NCBI GenBank assembly: GCA_045632345.1
Contig: JAZQWM010000082.1
Coordinates: forward strand, 147,686-211,685
DNA from: Eubacteriales bacterium
Lineage (GTDB): Bacteria > Bacillota > Clostridia > Oscillospirales > CAG-272
Length of the DNA: 64,000 bases
Direction of reading: 5' to 3'
The position numbers were made by a program, and so were the translations under genes. This document shows positions 30,111 through 41,297 of this stretch, piece after piece; position 1 is the first letter of the stretch; each line of letters opens with the position of its first letter. The notes below the pieces were generated by a model. That model did no database searches. It was not told the origin of the DNA and was given only the letters and a program-made list of their open reading frames with translations.

Positions 30111-31271
30111 ATGGAAATTTACTTTGACAATAGCGCCACAACGAAAATTTCAGTTGGCGCAAAAAACAAAATGATTGAGGTAATGGACAACCATTTTGGC
30201 AACCCCTCATCATTACACAAAATCGGTCTTAATGCTGAGCATGTTTTAAGCGATGCAAGAGCTATAATTTTAAATGCTCTTGGCATTTCACGCGGTGTTC
30301 GCGGAGAGCTTATTTTCACGTCAGGCGGTACGGAATCTAACAATATTGCAATTTTAGGCGTGGTAAACGCTAAAGCAAGACAGAATAATGAAAAGATTTT
30401 AACAACTGACAGCGAGCATGCTTCCGTTTCTGCCCCACTTGATATGCTTGAAAAGCAAGGCTTTAAAATTGTAAGAGTACCAACAAAAAATGGCGTTCTT
30501 GACCTTGAATTTATAAAAAATAACGCTAAGGGTGCTATTTTAGCTACGTTTATGCACGTAAATAACGAAACAGGCGCGCTTTACAATCTTAGCGAAGCAT
30601 TTAAAATTGTTAAGGAAGCGTCCCCTGCCTGTGTAACTCACGCAGACTGCGTGCAGTCCTTTATGAAGGTAAAATTCACTAAAAAATTATTAGGTGCTGA
30701 TTTAATTTCCATAAGCGCCCATAAAATAAACGGCGCAAAGGGCGTTGGCGCACTCTATATTGAGCCGAATATCATAAAGCAAAAGAAGGTTGTACCTATT
30801 TTCTTAGGCGGCGGTCAAGAGGAAAATTTCCGCTCCGGTACTGAAAATGTGTACGGAATTGCCGCGTTCGGTCAAGCAACCAAGGAGCATTTTGCTAAAA
30901 TTGATGCAGAGATAGAAAAAATGAGCTCTGTTCGTGAATTTTTAGTTGAAAATTTAAAAAATACCGAGGGAGTGTCGCTAAATTTACCTAAAAACAACGC
31001 TCCCCACATATTAAATATGTCCGTTATCGGTATTAGAAGTGAGATAACTCTCCATGATTTATCTTCAAAGGGAATTTACGTGTCCAGCGGAAGCGCTTGT
31101 TCCTCAAACGCTCCTAAAAAGACACATAATCCGCTAACCGCCTTCGGACTTGACACAAAAATGGCTGATAGCGCAGTCCGTGTCAGCCTCTGTCCCGATA
31201 ATACGGTAGAAGAAGCACAGTATTTTATTGAGTGCTTAAAGGAAACTATTGGAAAGAGGGCTAAACGATAA
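30111..31271 (+). CDS. iscS: Cysteine desulfurase (IscS/NifS family)
   Basis: IYFDNSATT, GNPSSLH, FTSGGTE, SAHK, SSGSACSS. Start set at ATG 30111. Confidence 0.88.
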   Translation: MEIYFDNSATTKISVGAKNKMIEVMDNHFGNPSSLHKIGLNAEHVLSDARAIILNALGISRGVRGELIFTSGGTESNNIAILGVVNAKARQNNEKILTTDSEHASVSAPLDMLEKQGFKIVRVPTKNGVLDLEFIKNNAKGAILATFMHVNNETGALYNLSEAFKIVKEASPACVTHADCVQSFMKVKFTKKLLGADLISISAHKINGAKGVGALYIEPNIIKQKKVVPIFLGGGQEENFRSGTENVYGIAAFGQATKEHFAKIDAEIEKMSSVREFLVENLKNTEGVSLNLPKNNAPHILNMSVIGIRSEITLHDLSSKGIYVSSGSACSSNAPKKTHNPLTAFGLDTKMADSAVRVSLCPDNTVEEAQYFIECLKETIGKRAKR

Positions 31272-31308
31272 CCTTGAAAAGATAAACGAAGGTTTATCTT
31301 TTCAGAGA

Positions 31309-31561
31309 ACAGGGGCGACCTTGTCGCAGGGGCTCATTGCATTCGCAGGGGCAACTTCAAAAAAGGGGCACACTACGTGTGCAGAGAATAGGGGCTCATT
31401 ACATTCGCAGGGGCACACGATGTGTGCAGAGAATAGGGAATACAACTAACCAACCTGTGAGCGAAGCGAACCCCTGACTCCTGACCCCTGACCCCTGATT
31501 AGGCGACCCCTATCCCCTATCCCCTATCCCCTATCCCCTGTCCCCTATCACCTGTCCCCTA
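31309..31561. repeat. REP/MITE-like family A copy (reversed)
   Basis: CCTGTGAGCGAAGCGAACCCC with (TATCCCC)n and (TGACCCC)n. Confidence 0.85.
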
Positions 31562-31579
31562 ATAAAAAGGAGAAAACCT

Positions 31580-32125
31580 ATGAAGTTATTGCTTGGAAGA
31601 CCAAAAACCAACGAAGACAGACTTGACAAGGAAATCCGTGTTTACGATTTACTTGACAGTCTTGGCATTGAATATTACAGAATTGACCACTCCCCTGCCA
31701 ATCATTTTGAGGATTGCGAGGAGATTGAAAGGGTGCTTGATAACGTGCTTTGCAAGAATTTATTTCTTTGCAACAGACAGCACACAAAATTTTATATGCT
31801 TATGATGCCTGCCGACAAGGTATTTAAGACAAAGGAGCTTTCAAGTCAAATAGGCTCATCCCGTCTTTCCTTTGCGGAAAGTGAGTACATGGAAAATTTC
31901 CTTGACGTAACTCCCGGCTCTGTCAGCATTATGGGACTTATGAACGATAAGGAAAACAATGTGCAATTACTTGTTGATGAGGACGTACTAAAGCCTGAAT
32001 ATGTTGGTTGTCATCCTTGCATAAATACATCAAGCATAAGGTTGAAAACAAGGGATGTATTTGAGACTTATCTAAACGCAGTACATCATGATTATATTAA
32101 GGTTAAATTGGTTGGAGAGGAATAA
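31580..32125 (+). CDS. proX: Prolyl-tRNA editing protein (ProX/PrdX, YbaK family)
   Basis: KNLFL, RLSFA, PGSVS, HPCINT. Confidence 0.85.
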   Translation: MKLLLGRPKTNEDRLDKEIRVYDLLDSLGIEYYRIDHSPANHFEDCEEIERVLDNVLCKNLFLCNRQHTKFYMLMMPADKVFKTKELSSQIGSSRLSFAESEYMENFLDVTPGSVSIMGLMNDKENNVQLLVDEDVLKPEYVGCHPCINTSSIRLKTRDVFETYLNAVHHDYIKVKLVGEE

Positions 32126-32136
32126 GGAGGAAAACT

Positions 32137-32466
32137 ATGTTTAGCAGTACTGGAAAGAAAATTAAACTTTTAGCACTTATATACAGTGTAATTATTGATG
32201 CACTTACAATCATTGGTTGCATTGTTTTTTGGAAAACATTAGGTGCTGAATTTTGCGTGATTTTGGGCGCTATATCAATTCTATCATCATCTATCATTTC
32301 ACTTGTTTTAGAAGGCTTTGGCACAATGGTGCAAAATAGCACAAATCAATTAAAATTGGAAAAAATTAATTGCGAATTGAATTTATCCGACCACCAAAGC
32401 TATCCAAGATTTAATGAATATGCAAAAGAAATAATTAAAATTAATGATGAAATAGAGGACGATTAA
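32137..32466 (+). CDS. Hypothetical membrane protein
   Basis: AGGAGG RBS; two TM segments. Confidence 0.65.
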   Translation: MFSSTGKKIKLLALIYSVIIDALTIIGCIVFWKTLGAEFCVILGAISILSSSIISLVLEGFGTMVQNSTNQLKLEKINCELNLSDHQSYPRFNEYAKEIIKINDEIEDD

Positions 32467-32630
32467 CAAAGTCATACACCCTTTTTGTCAATTTATGATG
32501 AAATCAATTTATGTCACGCAGTGATAATTTATTTATTAGTTAAAGTCCGCTGATTTCAAAAATGAATTGCACCTTCGGTGCATTAAAAAACACTCGAAAA
32601 AATTCGAGTGTTTTTTGTTTATGTGGCGTT

Positions 32631-33728
32631 TTATATCATAGCAAGTATTTGATTTGTGTTATTTTTCGCAAAGTCAGAAAGTGAATATGAGCGAATTCTT
32701 TCTTTTATAACGTTTGGTATTAAAAATCCGTTTGATGCAAGCTTAACACATCTATTTATAACGGTTTTATTGTTAACATTAAGCTTTTTGCTCATTTCGA
32801 TAGGTGTAAATTCATAAATGTGATTTGAAACAATAAATTTCAAAAATTCCTTTTCTTTGAGGTTTAGATAGGATAAGCTTCCGTTAATATCATCCTCAGC
32901 TGAGCTCTTAGAAAGCTCATAAACCTTCTTGGAATATAGCTCTACCATGCGAAGAAAATAGTTAAACCAAATTTCTGAATGAGGCGGATTTTCTCTGCCC
33001 GAATAGTATAATGCAGGCAATCCCATTTGAAGAGAAGAATAATACTCATCGGAGTCGTAAGCAAAATACTCTTCCAAAGAGCCTATACCGCCAAAGCCGT
33101 AACCGTATAAGTCTAATATATATCCAGACATAAGTCTTGCAGTTCTGCCGTTTCCATCCTCAAAAGGGTGAATTGTAACTAATTGATAGTGAACAATAGC
33201 CGCTATTATAAGCGGATGGTCGTCAGTTGTGTTAACATACTCTACAAGCTCATCAAGTAGTGCAGGAACATCTGAGTATTCCGGCGGAATGTATTCAGGA
33301 GCGCCGCTTTCAGTATCGTAAACAGCAAATAATACTCCGGGTGGCATTTGCCCTCTTAATCCGATTTTTTCTTTTGATGCGCCCTTTTCAACTATCCTTT
33401 GAACCTCTAGTATAAGCTCCTTAGAAAAAGGAGTTTTATTTTTAACCTTTTCTTCAAGTAGAGTAAGAGCAGAATAATAGTTTCTTATCTCTTGCTCAGG
33501 CTTTAAAAAATGCTTATGTGAATCACTTTCGATTACTTCACTAGCTTGCTTTTCTGTTAATGGATTACCTTCGATTTTATTGGAAGCATAAGAGCTTTTT
33601 TTCTTTGAATTTTTTCGTAGCTTATTTCTAGTAATTATCGGCAGCTCAACAGTGCCTAAAAGAAAACGATTTTCGTCAATAGCTGATATTCTTTTTAAAA
33701 TATCATTAGTAAGAATTGCTCTAATCAT
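32631..33728 (-). CDS. Fic-domain protein (self-inhibited type) with C-terminal HTH
   Basis: HPFEDGNGRTAR catalytic motif; SNKIEGN inhibitory motif. Confidence 0.9.
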   Translation of the reverse strand: MIRAILTNDILKRISAIDENRFLLGTVELPIITRNKLRKNSKKKSSYASNKIEGNPLTEKQASEVIESDSHKHFLKPEQEIRNYYSALTLLEEKVKNKTPFSKELILEVQRIVEKGASKEKIGLRGQMPPGVLFAVYDTESGAPEYIPPEYSDVPALLDELVEYVNTTDDHPLIIAAIVHYQLVTIHPFEDGNGRTARLMSGYILDLYGYGFGGIGSLEEYFAYDSDEYYSSLQMGLPALYYSGRENPPHSEIWFNYFLRMVELYSKKVYELSKSSAEDDINGSLSYLNLKEKEFLKFIVSNHIYEFTPIEMSKKLNVNNKTVINRCVKLASNGFLIPNVIKERIRSYSLSDFAKNNTNQILAMI

Positions 33729-34252
33729 ATTTTTCTCCTTTACATATTTCTAATAGTATTGTACCACAATTTAATTAAAAATTCCACTATTTTTCCACTA
33801 TTTTTCCACTATTTTTCATTATTTTATGATTTTGCTTGATTTATTAAATGATTAGTAGTAATCACGATGTTGTCTTCGCCAAACTGGCGGCTGACGCTAT
33901 CCGCTACTCGCTACCTGCTAACCGCTAATATATCTGCTTCGCGGAGCGATATAACCGAATAAATTCGGTAGCGATATGCTTACACTAAGCGAAAGCGCGA
34001 TATTCCGCCAAAGACGGAGCGATATGCACCTTCGGTGCGTGCTGACCACTGACCACTTAGCCACATAAATAAAAACGCTTGAATTTTTTCAAGCGTTTTT
34101 ATTTATGTGGCGTTTTTGTCCCAAGGAATGATGTAAAATGTAATCACTTAATAAATGGGACACGCTGTCCCGTTAGGCGTGCTAATTTATTAAGTGCCTA
34201 CGTTCCACTCCGCGTAGGGTAAAAATAAATATATATAATAGGAAGAAAAAGT

Positions 34253-34465
34253 ATGTGTTACATCTGTAATAGCAGTCCACATTTAGTATCTTGCCCATTT
34301 TACGTGGCAAAAAACGTTACCTGTGAGGTTTGCGGTGGCGTTATAAGATATGATGAGGTGTCCTATAAATTAAATAACGAGGTTTTTCATAGCCATTGTT
34401 TACGGGAGCTGAATGGAATGGACGTTATCGAGGCTTTAAGGATAGAGCCACAAAAAAGCAAGTAA
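34253..34465 (+). CDS. Small Cys/His-rich (Zn-finger-like) protein, phage-like
   Basis: CxxC...H...C, CxxC, HxxC; AGGAAG RBS. Confidence 0.6.
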   Translation: MCYICNSSPHLVSCPFYVAKNVTCEVCGGVIRYDEVSYKLNNEVFHSHCLRELNGMDVIEALRIEPQKSK

Positions 34466-34609
34466 ATTTAAAATTTCACGCAAGGAAACCACTCAGCCTT
34501 GCACAAAATCAATCATCAATTATTCAATTTCTTTCTTCCCCGTTGAAAGATAACTTACTTTACCATATTAGATTTGAACTATAAAAGCAGTCATAACTTA
34601 AGTGCGACT

Positions 34610-34736
34610 GCATTGCAGGGGCACACGGTGTGCGCAGAGAATAGGGGCGACTTCGTTGCAGGGATTTTAGCAGAAAATTGTTTACTAACCACCCTGTGAG
34701 CGTAGCGAGCCCCTATCCCCTGTCCCCTATCCCCTC
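34610..34736. repeat. REP/MITE-like family A copy (reversed)
   Basis: CCCTGTGAGCGTAGCGAGCCCC plus heptamers. Confidence 0.8.
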
Positions 34737-34752
34737 ATTCAAAAGGAGAAAT

Positions 34753-35142
34753 ATGAATATTAAAGAGATAAAAAAAGACCTAAGACAGTTAAAAAAGACT
34801 ATACATATTATTGAAGCATTAAAAAGAAGTCAAGCAAGATATACGGACAGGATTGACACCCTATCAAAATTCGTACAGACACCTAAAATAAAGGAGCAGA
34901 TTGAAACCACAAAAAAGGTAATGTCCTTACTTAAAATCGAGGAATACATAAAAGAAGCAAACGAAATTGAAAGCAAGTATATGGATGCAATAAACAGTCT
35001 TGACCCTATTGAAAGAACAATAATCATTGAAAGCTTTCTAAACGGCAATCCATATTGGAAAATCGGACTTGACCTTGGCTATGAGGAGGAGACAGTAAGA
35101 AAAAAAGTTTATAAGATTTTGAGAAAAATCGCAAATCGTTAA
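34753..35142 (+). CDS. RinA/ArpU-like phage transcriptional activator (sigma70 region-4-like HTH)
   Basis: AAAGGAG RBS; coiled-coil N-terminus; AINSLDPIERTII...YWKIGLDLGYEEETVRKK. Confidence 0.7.
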   Translation: MNIKEIKKDLRQLKKTIHIIEALKRSQARYTDRIDTLSKFVQTPKIKEQIETTKKVMSLLKIEEYIKEANEIESKYMDAINSLDPIERTIIIESFLNGNPYWKIGLDLGYEEETVRKKVYKILRKIANR

Positions 35143-35290
35143 GGTTCGCTATCCAAAAAAAGAGACGTTCTTTTATTGAACGTCTCTTTTTTCTCTCCTT
35201 ATAAATTAAAGCTACTTAGCTTTGTTAAGGTCTGTTTAAAAAAACAACCCCTCCAAAATATTGAAGGGGGATGCTTTTGTTTTTCTGGAA

Positions 35291-35494
35291 TTAGATTCCA
35301 AGTCCAAGTGCACCAAGATCAGCTGTGATAGTTGTTGAAACTGGAGTTACTGTACCTGCTTCTTTATCTACATCATAAGTAACAGACTGGCTATAATTGC
35401 CCTTATTTACTGCTGGCGATGTCCATGTAGATGTGGTAATAACATCGTTAGACTCAACTTGGATTGACACGTATTCCGGATTTACGTACTTCAT
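35291..35494 (-). CDS. Small hypothetical protein
   Basis: GGGAGG RBS, own promoter-like signal and downstream hairpin. Confidence 0.6.
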   Translation of the reverse strand: MKYVNPEYVSIQVESNDVITTSTWTSPAVNKGNYSQSVTYDVDKEAGTVTPVSTTITADLGALGLGI

Positions 35495-35620
35495 CTTTGT
35501 TTCCTCCCGAGAGATTTTTATATAATTAGATAATTATACAACTAAAGTTTACCATATAATAGTAGTTTTGTCAATAGTTTTTTTATTTTTTGTTTTGAAA
35601 GTACAAAATTCACTTTTCCA

Positions 35621-36382
35621 TTAATCCTCAATTACTATGCAGTTAACCTTTTTTGTATATGAGGTGCATCCATCAATGGCGATTATTCCCTCTCTACAAA
35701 ATGGGGAAAAGTCGTCATCATTGCCTTCAAAAACCTCATGTCCCCAGTTTGTGCGATAATGTCCGCACACGATGGTTTTATTTTCTTCCCTTACGCCGAA
35801 ATGATGTGCTGCCATTCCGTTATACCATCTGGCACTCTCCCAATCCGTTTTGGTGGATTCACGCCAATTCTTCCTATAATAGTAGGTTGTTTCCTTGCCT
35901 CTTACCTTAACAGAGGTGCATGGAATCCAGCCGTGAACGAAAATATAATTGTCCGTTTCATAATAATCAATCATATTTTCCATTATCTTTCTTACAAACG
36001 GAGTGCATAAAACTCTATTTCTGAACGCTTCAGGGTTGATTTCCACATCGGTCTTTTTCATTTTCGCAAGACTCAATGCAGTTTTATATGTTCCGTTTTG
36101 ACCGTGATGGAAAACGCTTGGGTCAGGCAAATAATCGTAAATATTATCAACTAAGTCAATAAGTAAATCCTCATGATTGCCGCGAATTAAAATTACCTCA
36201 TTCTTTTTCATTAGGTCAAGAACGAAATTTGTAATTTCATTTATTTGCGCGCCTCTGTCAAGCAGGTCGCCGCAAATAATCAATTTGTGAGGCTCTGTGT
36301 CGCTAAAAAAGCCTTTTTCCTCTAGCGACTGAATCATTTCATCATAGAAACCGTGGATATCGGAGATTACGTAATATTTCAT
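35621..36382 (-). CDS. Metallophosphoesterase (Ser/Thr phosphatase-like)
   Basis: SDIHG, GDLLDRG, RGNHE, FVHG, VCGH. Confidence 0.9.
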   Translation of the reverse strand: MKYYVISDIHGFYDEMIQSLEEKGFFSDTEPHKLIICGDLLDRGAQINEITNFVLDLMKKNEVILIRGNHEDLLIDLVDNIYDYLPDPSVFHHGQNGTYKTALSLAKMKKTDVEINPEAFRNRVLCTPFVRKIMENMIDYYETDNYIFVHGWIPCTSVKVRGKETTYYYRKNWRESTKTDWESARWYNGMAAHHFGVREENKTIVCGHYRTNWGHEVFEGNDDDFSPFCREGIIAIDGCTSYTKKVNCIVIED

Positions 36383-36389
36383 ATTACTT

Positions 36390-36596
36390 AGGGGTCAGTA
36401 GTCAGGGGTCAGGGGTCGCCTAATCATGGGTCAGGGGTCAGGAGTCAGGGGTTCGCTTCGCTCACAGGGATGGTTAGTAAACAATTTTCTTCTAAAGCCC
36501 CTGCGACAAGGTCGCCCCTGTTCTCTGCACACGTAGTGTGCCCCTGTTTTGAAGTCGCCCCTGCGAATATATGAGCCCCTGTCCCTTGTCTCCTGT
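36390..36596. repeat. REP/MITE-like family A copy
   Basis: Core plus heptamer arms. Confidence 0.85.
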
Positions 36597-36613
36597 AAAA
36601 AGACAAGCTCGGC

Positions 36614-39421
36614 TTATCTTTTTACTTCCTCCATTGTGAACGCTTCCATAATGTCGCCTTCCTTGATGTCGTTAAACTTATCAAGGCCTACGCCACATTC
36701 ATAGCCTGCGGCAACCTCTTTAACGTCATCCTTAAAGCGTTTAAGTGATGAAATCTTATCCTCGGCGATAACTACGCCATCACGGATAATTCTGATTTGT
36801 GAGCTTCTTAAAATCTTACCGTCTTGAACGTATGAGCCTGCAATAGTACCAACGCTTGGAACTCTGATTGTTTGACGTACCTCAGCGTGTCCGTTGATAA
36901 CCTCTTTATAGGTTGGCGCAAGCATACCCTTCATGGCAGCTTCAATTTCTTCTATGATTTCATAAATGATTCTATGTGTTCTAATATCAACGCCTTGTCT
37001 TTCAGCAGAGTCAATAGCGTTCTTATCCGGTCTTACGTTAAAGCCTACGATAATAGCGTTAGATGCAGCAGCGAAGGTAACATCGCCCTCTGTAATACCG
37101 CCTGCGGCTGTGTGAATAACGTTAACCTTAACCTCGCTATTTGAAAGCTTAACAAGGGACGCCTTAACCGCTTCGCATGAGCCGCCAACGTCTGCCTTTA
37201 CGATAATGTTAAGGTCCTTAACGCCCTCGCCCATTTGGTTGAAGAGGTCATCAAGATTAACCTTAGCGTTAGCCTTAAATACTTCTTCCTTAGCCTTTGC
37301 TTTTCTTTGCTCAGCAAGCTCTCTTGCCATCTTTTCGTCCTTAACTGCATTGAACTCATCGCCCGCGTTTGGAACGGAGTCAAGACCTGTAATTTCAACA
37401 GGAACTGATGGACCTGCAATCTTAACTGCGCGTCTGTTATGGTCTGTCATGGCTCTTACGTGGCCTACCGCAGTACCTGCAATTACAACGTCGCCTGCGT
37501 GGAGTGTACCGTTTTGAACAAGAATTGTAGCCACAGGACCTCTTCCCTTATCAAGCTTAGCCTCAATTACGATACCCTTTGCAAGACGGTTAGGATTTGC
37601 CTTTAATTCCTTAACCTCAGCAACTAAGAGAACGGATTCAAGTAAGTCGTCAAGACCCATTCTTGTGTGAGCAGATACAGGAATACACATAACGTCGCCG
37701 CCCCATTCCTCAGGAACTAAGTCATATTTTGTAAGCTCTTGGCGAATGTTGTCAGGGTTTGCCGTTGGCTTATCCATTTTGTTAATTGCTACGATAATAT
37801 CAACGCCTGCCGCTTTAGCATGGTTGATAGCTTCAACCGTTTGTGGCATGATACCGTCATCTGCCGCAACTACGATAATTGCAATATCTGTTGCCATTGC
37901 GCCTCTTAAACGCATAGCTGTGAACGCTTCGTGGCCTGGGGTATCAAGGAAAGTAATATCCTTGCCGTTAATATTTACGCTGTAAGCACCGATATGCTGA
38001 GTGATACCGCCTGCCTCGCCCTTAGTTACGTTTGTTTGTCTGATAGCGTCAAGAAGTGATGTTTTACCGTGGTCAACGTGTCCCATTACGCAAACAACAG
38101 GAGCTCTTTCCTGTAAGCTTTCAGGTGCATCTGTTTCTTCCTCGAAGAGCTTTTCCTCGATTGTAACAACTACTTCCTTTGTTACCTTAGCACCAAGCTC
38201 ATCAGCGATAAGGTATGCAGTATCATAGTCAACAACCTCATTTACGCTTGCCATAACGCCCATCATAAATAAGCGCTTAACAACCTCGCTTGAGGTTACC
38301 TTTAAGCGAGAAGCAAGCTCGCCAACTGTGATTTCGTCTGGAACTGTGATTGATAATTGAGTATTCTTTGCTTTTTCAAACGCTTCTCTCTTTTTCTTTT
38401 CAAGAGCTTGACGCTCCTTATCCTTCTTTGAGCTGAAAGCGTCCTTATTATTCTGCTTTTTGAGCTTTTGCTTGTTGCTTCCGCCAAAGCTATCGTATGC
38501 AGAGGTTAAGTGGTCTAAATTATCATCGTACTTAGAAAGGTCAACATCTGATGTTCTTGTGTCAACAACTCTTGTTGCACCTGTCTTTGTCTTAATTTCA
38601 CGAATGCCATCATCTTCCTTTTGTGGCTGCTTTTTCTTTGGAGTTACGTTATACTTTGGCTCTCTTTCTTCCTTATCGAAGAATCCGCCCTTAAATCCGT
38701 TATCCTTGTTAAAGTCCTTATTAAACGGCTTCTTATCTCCGTTAAAGTCCTTATTAAACGGTTTCTTCTCGCCGTTAAATTCCTTATTAAACGGTTTCTT
38801 TTCGCCGTTAAAGTCTTTATTAAATGGTTTCTTTTCGCCGTTAAATTCCTTGTTGAACGGCTTCTTTTCGCCGTTAAAGTCCTTATTAAATATCTTCTTC
38901 TCGCCACTTGCATCCTTGTTAAATGGTTTCTTTTCGCCGTTAAACTCTTTGTTAAACGGTTTCTTTTCCTCAACCTTAACCTCAGGCTTCTTTTCAACCT
39001 TTGGTTCTGGCTTCACTTCAACCTTTGGCTCAGCCTTAACCTCTGGCTTCTTTTCAACCTTTGGTTCTGGCTTTACTTCAACCTTTGGCTCAGCCTTAAC
39101 CTCTGGCTTCTTTTCTTCCTTAGGCTCAGCTTTAACCTCAGGCTTTTTCTCTTCAACCTTTTCTTCAGCCTTTTTCTCAACAGGCTGACCGCTAGTTTTC
39201 TTTTTCGCCTTTGAGGAAGGAATAACAGCTTCGCCGCTTAAGTATTTATTCATATTTTTTGTAGCTCTCTCTGTGGTAAACACGTGAAGAACTGTTGACA
39301 CGTCGCCATCCTCAATATTGGTGGCATTGGCTTTTGCTTTAACGCCTGCTCTTTCAATAAGGTCAAGCGTGTCCTTTAAATCTAAGCCTAAATCCTTTGC
39401 AAAATCCTTTATTTTAGTCAT
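36614..39421 (-). CDS. infB: Translation initiation factor IF-2
   Basis: [17 protein letters not shown]; operon context. Confidence 0.98.
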   Translation of the reverse strand: MTKIKDFAKDLGLDLKDTLDLIERAGVKAKANATNIEDGDVSTVLHVFTTERATKNMNKYLSGEAVIPSSKAKKKTSGQPVEKKAEEKVEEKKPEVKAEPKEEKKPEVKAEPKVEVKPEPKVEKKPEVKAEPKVEVKPEPKVEKKPEVKVEEKKPFNKEFNGEKKPFNKDASGEKKIFNKDFNGEKKPFNKEFNGEKKPFNKDFNGEKKPFNKEFNGEKKPFNKDFNGDKKPFNKDFNKDNGFKGGFFDKEEREPKYNVTPKKKQPQKEDDGIREIKTKTGATRVVDTRTSDVDLSKYDDNLDHLTSAYDSFGGSNKQKLKKQNNKDAFSSKKDKERQALEKKKREAFEKAKNTQLSITVPDEITVGELASRLKVTSSEVVKRLFMMGVMASVNEVVDYDTAYLIADELGAKVTKEVVVTIEEKLFEEETDAPESLQERAPVVCVMGHVDHGKTSLLDAIRQTNVTKGEAGGITQHIGAYSVNINGKDITFLDTPGHEAFTAMRLRGAMATDIAIIVVAADDGIMPQTVEAINHAKAAGVDIIVAINKMDKPTANPDNIRQELTKYDLVPEEWGGDVMCIPVSAHTRMGLDDLLESVLLVAEVKELKANPNRLAKGIVIEAKLDKGRGPVATILVQNGTLHAGDVVIAGTAVGHVRAMTDHNRRAVKIAGPSVPVEITGLDSVPNAGDEFNAVKDEKMARELAEQRKAKAKEEVFKANAKVNLDDLFNQMGEGVKDLNIIVKADVGGSCEAVKASLVKLSNSEVKVNVIHTAAGGITEGDVTFAAASNAIIVGFNVRPDKNAIDSAERQGVDIRTHRIIYEIIEEIEAAMKGMLAPTYKEVINGHAEVRQTIRVPSVGTIAGSYVQDGKILRSSQIRIIRDGVVIAEDKISSLKRFKDDVKEVAAGYECGVGLDKFNDIKEGDIMEAFTMEEVKR

Positions 39422-39454
39422 ATAGCTTACCTCACTTTTTTTAAGATATCCAAG

Positions 39455-39772
39455 CTATCCTTGGATAAGTGCTTTAAGTTGCCTTGAAAAATTGTCGTCC
39501 GTTACACCTACAACACATACTCCCGCGTTCATTCCCACCATTTTGCCGATTTTGTCCGATGGTGTGTCGATAATTATACATTCTGTATTATAGAATTTAC
39601 ATTTATCGGTTATACGCTTTTTTGTGTTATCTGATGCATCAGAGGTATAAAAAACTACCTTTACCTTACCGCTTGGGAGTGTACTTGTCACCAAGGGAGT
39701 ACCGATAACTACCTTTCCTGCACGACGACTAAGTCCTAGCATAGATAAAAACTTTTCTGCATTATTCGTCAT
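39455..39772 (-). CDS. ylxQ: L7Ae-family RNA-binding protein
   Basis: LGLSRRAGK, DASDNTKK; position upstream of infB. Confidence 0.85.
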   Translation of the reverse strand: MTNNAEKFLSMLGLSRRAGKVVIGTPLVTSTLPSGKVKVVFYTSDASDNTKKRITDKCKFYNTECIIIDTPSDKIGKMVGMNAGVCVVGVTDDNFSRQLKALIQG

Positions 39773-40038
39773 TGATTTTCAATTTCTCCTGTTAGAGCGT
39801 TAATTAGCTCCTCGCTAATTTCAACCTCTAAATTGTTTTGTATTCTCTTTGACTTTATAGCCTTTTTTAGACACGCGCTACTCTTACATATATATGCGCC
39901 TCTGCCTGATTTTTTACCTGTTAAATCAAGCTCCACGCTACCGTCCGGTAAACGAACAACGCGTACCAGCTCCTTTTTTGGGAAGCTAGCCATACAGCCT
40001 AAGCATCTTCTTTCCGGTTGCTTTTTAATTTTTTCCAC
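39769..40038 (-). CDS. ylxR: YlxR / RnpM family protein
   Basis: PERRCLGC, GRGAYIC. Confidence 0.92.
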   Translation of the reverse strand: MEKIKKQPERRCLGCMASFPKKELVRVVRLPDGSVELDLTGKKSGRGAYICKSSACLKKAIKSKRIQNNLEVEISEELINALTGEIENQ

Positions 40039-40057
40039 AACAGCACCTCTTAATATT

Positions 40058-40197
40058 AGGGATAGGAGACAGGGGATAGGGGATAGGGGTTCGCTACGCT
40101 CACAGGGTGGTTAGTTATTCCCTGCGAATGCAATGAGCCCCTGCAATAAAGTCGCCCCTGCGAATATATGAGCCCCTGCAACGAAGTTGCCCCTGTT
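40058..40197. repeat. REP/MITE-like family A copy
   Basis: Core plus subrepeats, between nusA and ylxR. Confidence 0.85.
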
Positions 40198-40199
40198 CA

Positions 40200-41264
40200 T
40201 TATATAGTCTTAATATCAATCTTACAGCCTGTAAGTCTTGCTGCAAGTCTTGCATTTTGTCCCATCTTACCGATAGCTAATGATAATTGGTCAGGAGCTA
40301 CGATAACCTTTGCACTCTTTTCTGTTTCCATTTCAACGCTCTTAACTGCTGCTGGAGAAAGAGCTGCCTTTACGTATTCAGCCATGTTGTCGCTATATGG
40401 AACTACGTCAATCTTTTCTCCGTTAAGCTCTTCAACAACTGCGTTGATTCTTGCGCCCTTATTACCAATACATGCGCCAACTGCATCAACCTCATCATCT
40501 CTTGAATATACGGAGATTTTTGTTCTTGAGCCTGCTTCACGGCAAATATTCTTAATTACAACTACGCCCTCAGTAATTTCAGGAACCTCGGATTCGAAAA
40601 GTCTCTTTACAAGGCTTGGATGTGTTCTTGTAAGTGAAACAAGTGGACCTCTATCGTTTGAGTTTACCTGTGTAGCAAATACCTTAATTCTATCGTCAAC
40701 CATAAGCTTTTCGCCTGGGATTTGCTCGTTTTTAAGTAAAACTGCTTGTGAAATACCTGTATCAACCACAACGTTTCCTGTTGAATCCTCAACCTTAGTA
40801 ACGATAGCTGAAAGCATTTCTCCACGCTTATCCTCGTATTCTCTTGCTTGGTAGCTTCTTTCAGCCTCACGAATGCCTTGAATAATAACCTGCTTAGCAT
40901 TTTGTGCGCTTAAACGACCAAATTCCTTTGGTTGAAGCTCGTATTCGTAATCGCTACCGATTGAACGCTTTCTTGAACGAGTCTTGAGCTTTAAGCCCTC
41001 CTCTTGATACTTCTTTTCAAGAGCCTCAATGCCTTCCTTTGTGATTTCTGTGTTTGGATCCTCAACCTCTGCTACGATGAGATACTTTCTGTAAACCTTC
41101 ATATCCATCTTTTCAGGGTCCATTACAACTGTAATGTTTGTTGTGCCCATTTCCTTTTTGCACGCTGCTGTTAAAGCTGCCTCAATCTTTTCAATCATGT
41201 AAGATTTTGGAATGTGGCGCTCCTTTTCAAGCAAATCAAGTGCCTCAAATAGTTCCTTGTTCAT
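40200..41264 (-). CDS. nusA: Transcription termination/antitermination factor NusA
   Basis: FGRLSAQNAKQ, REAGSRTK, LAIGKMGQNARLAARLTG. Confidence 0.97.
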   Translation of the reverse strand: MNKELFEALDLLEKERHIPKSYMIEKIEAALTAACKKEMGTTNITVVMDPEKMDMKVYRKYLIVAEVEDPNTEITKEGIEALEKKYQEEGLKLKTRSRKRSIGSDYEYELQPKEFGRLSAQNAKQVIIQGIREAERSYQAREYEDKRGEMLSAIVTKVEDSTGNVVVDTGISQAVLLKNEQIPGEKLMVDDRIKVFATQVNSNDRGPLVSLTRTHPSLVKRLFESEVPEITEGVVVIKNICREAGSRTKISVYSRDDEVDAVGACIGNKGARINAVVEELNGEKIDVVPYSDNMAEYVKAALSPAAVKSVEMETEKSAKVIVAPDQLSLAIGKMGQNARLAARLTGCKIDIKTI

Positions 41265-41297
41265 GTTTTATACTCCTTTTATAATTATTTCATAATT

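Noticed and set aside
38460-39214. Long repetitive plus-strand ORFs
   Set aside because: Antisense shadows of the infB repeat tracts.
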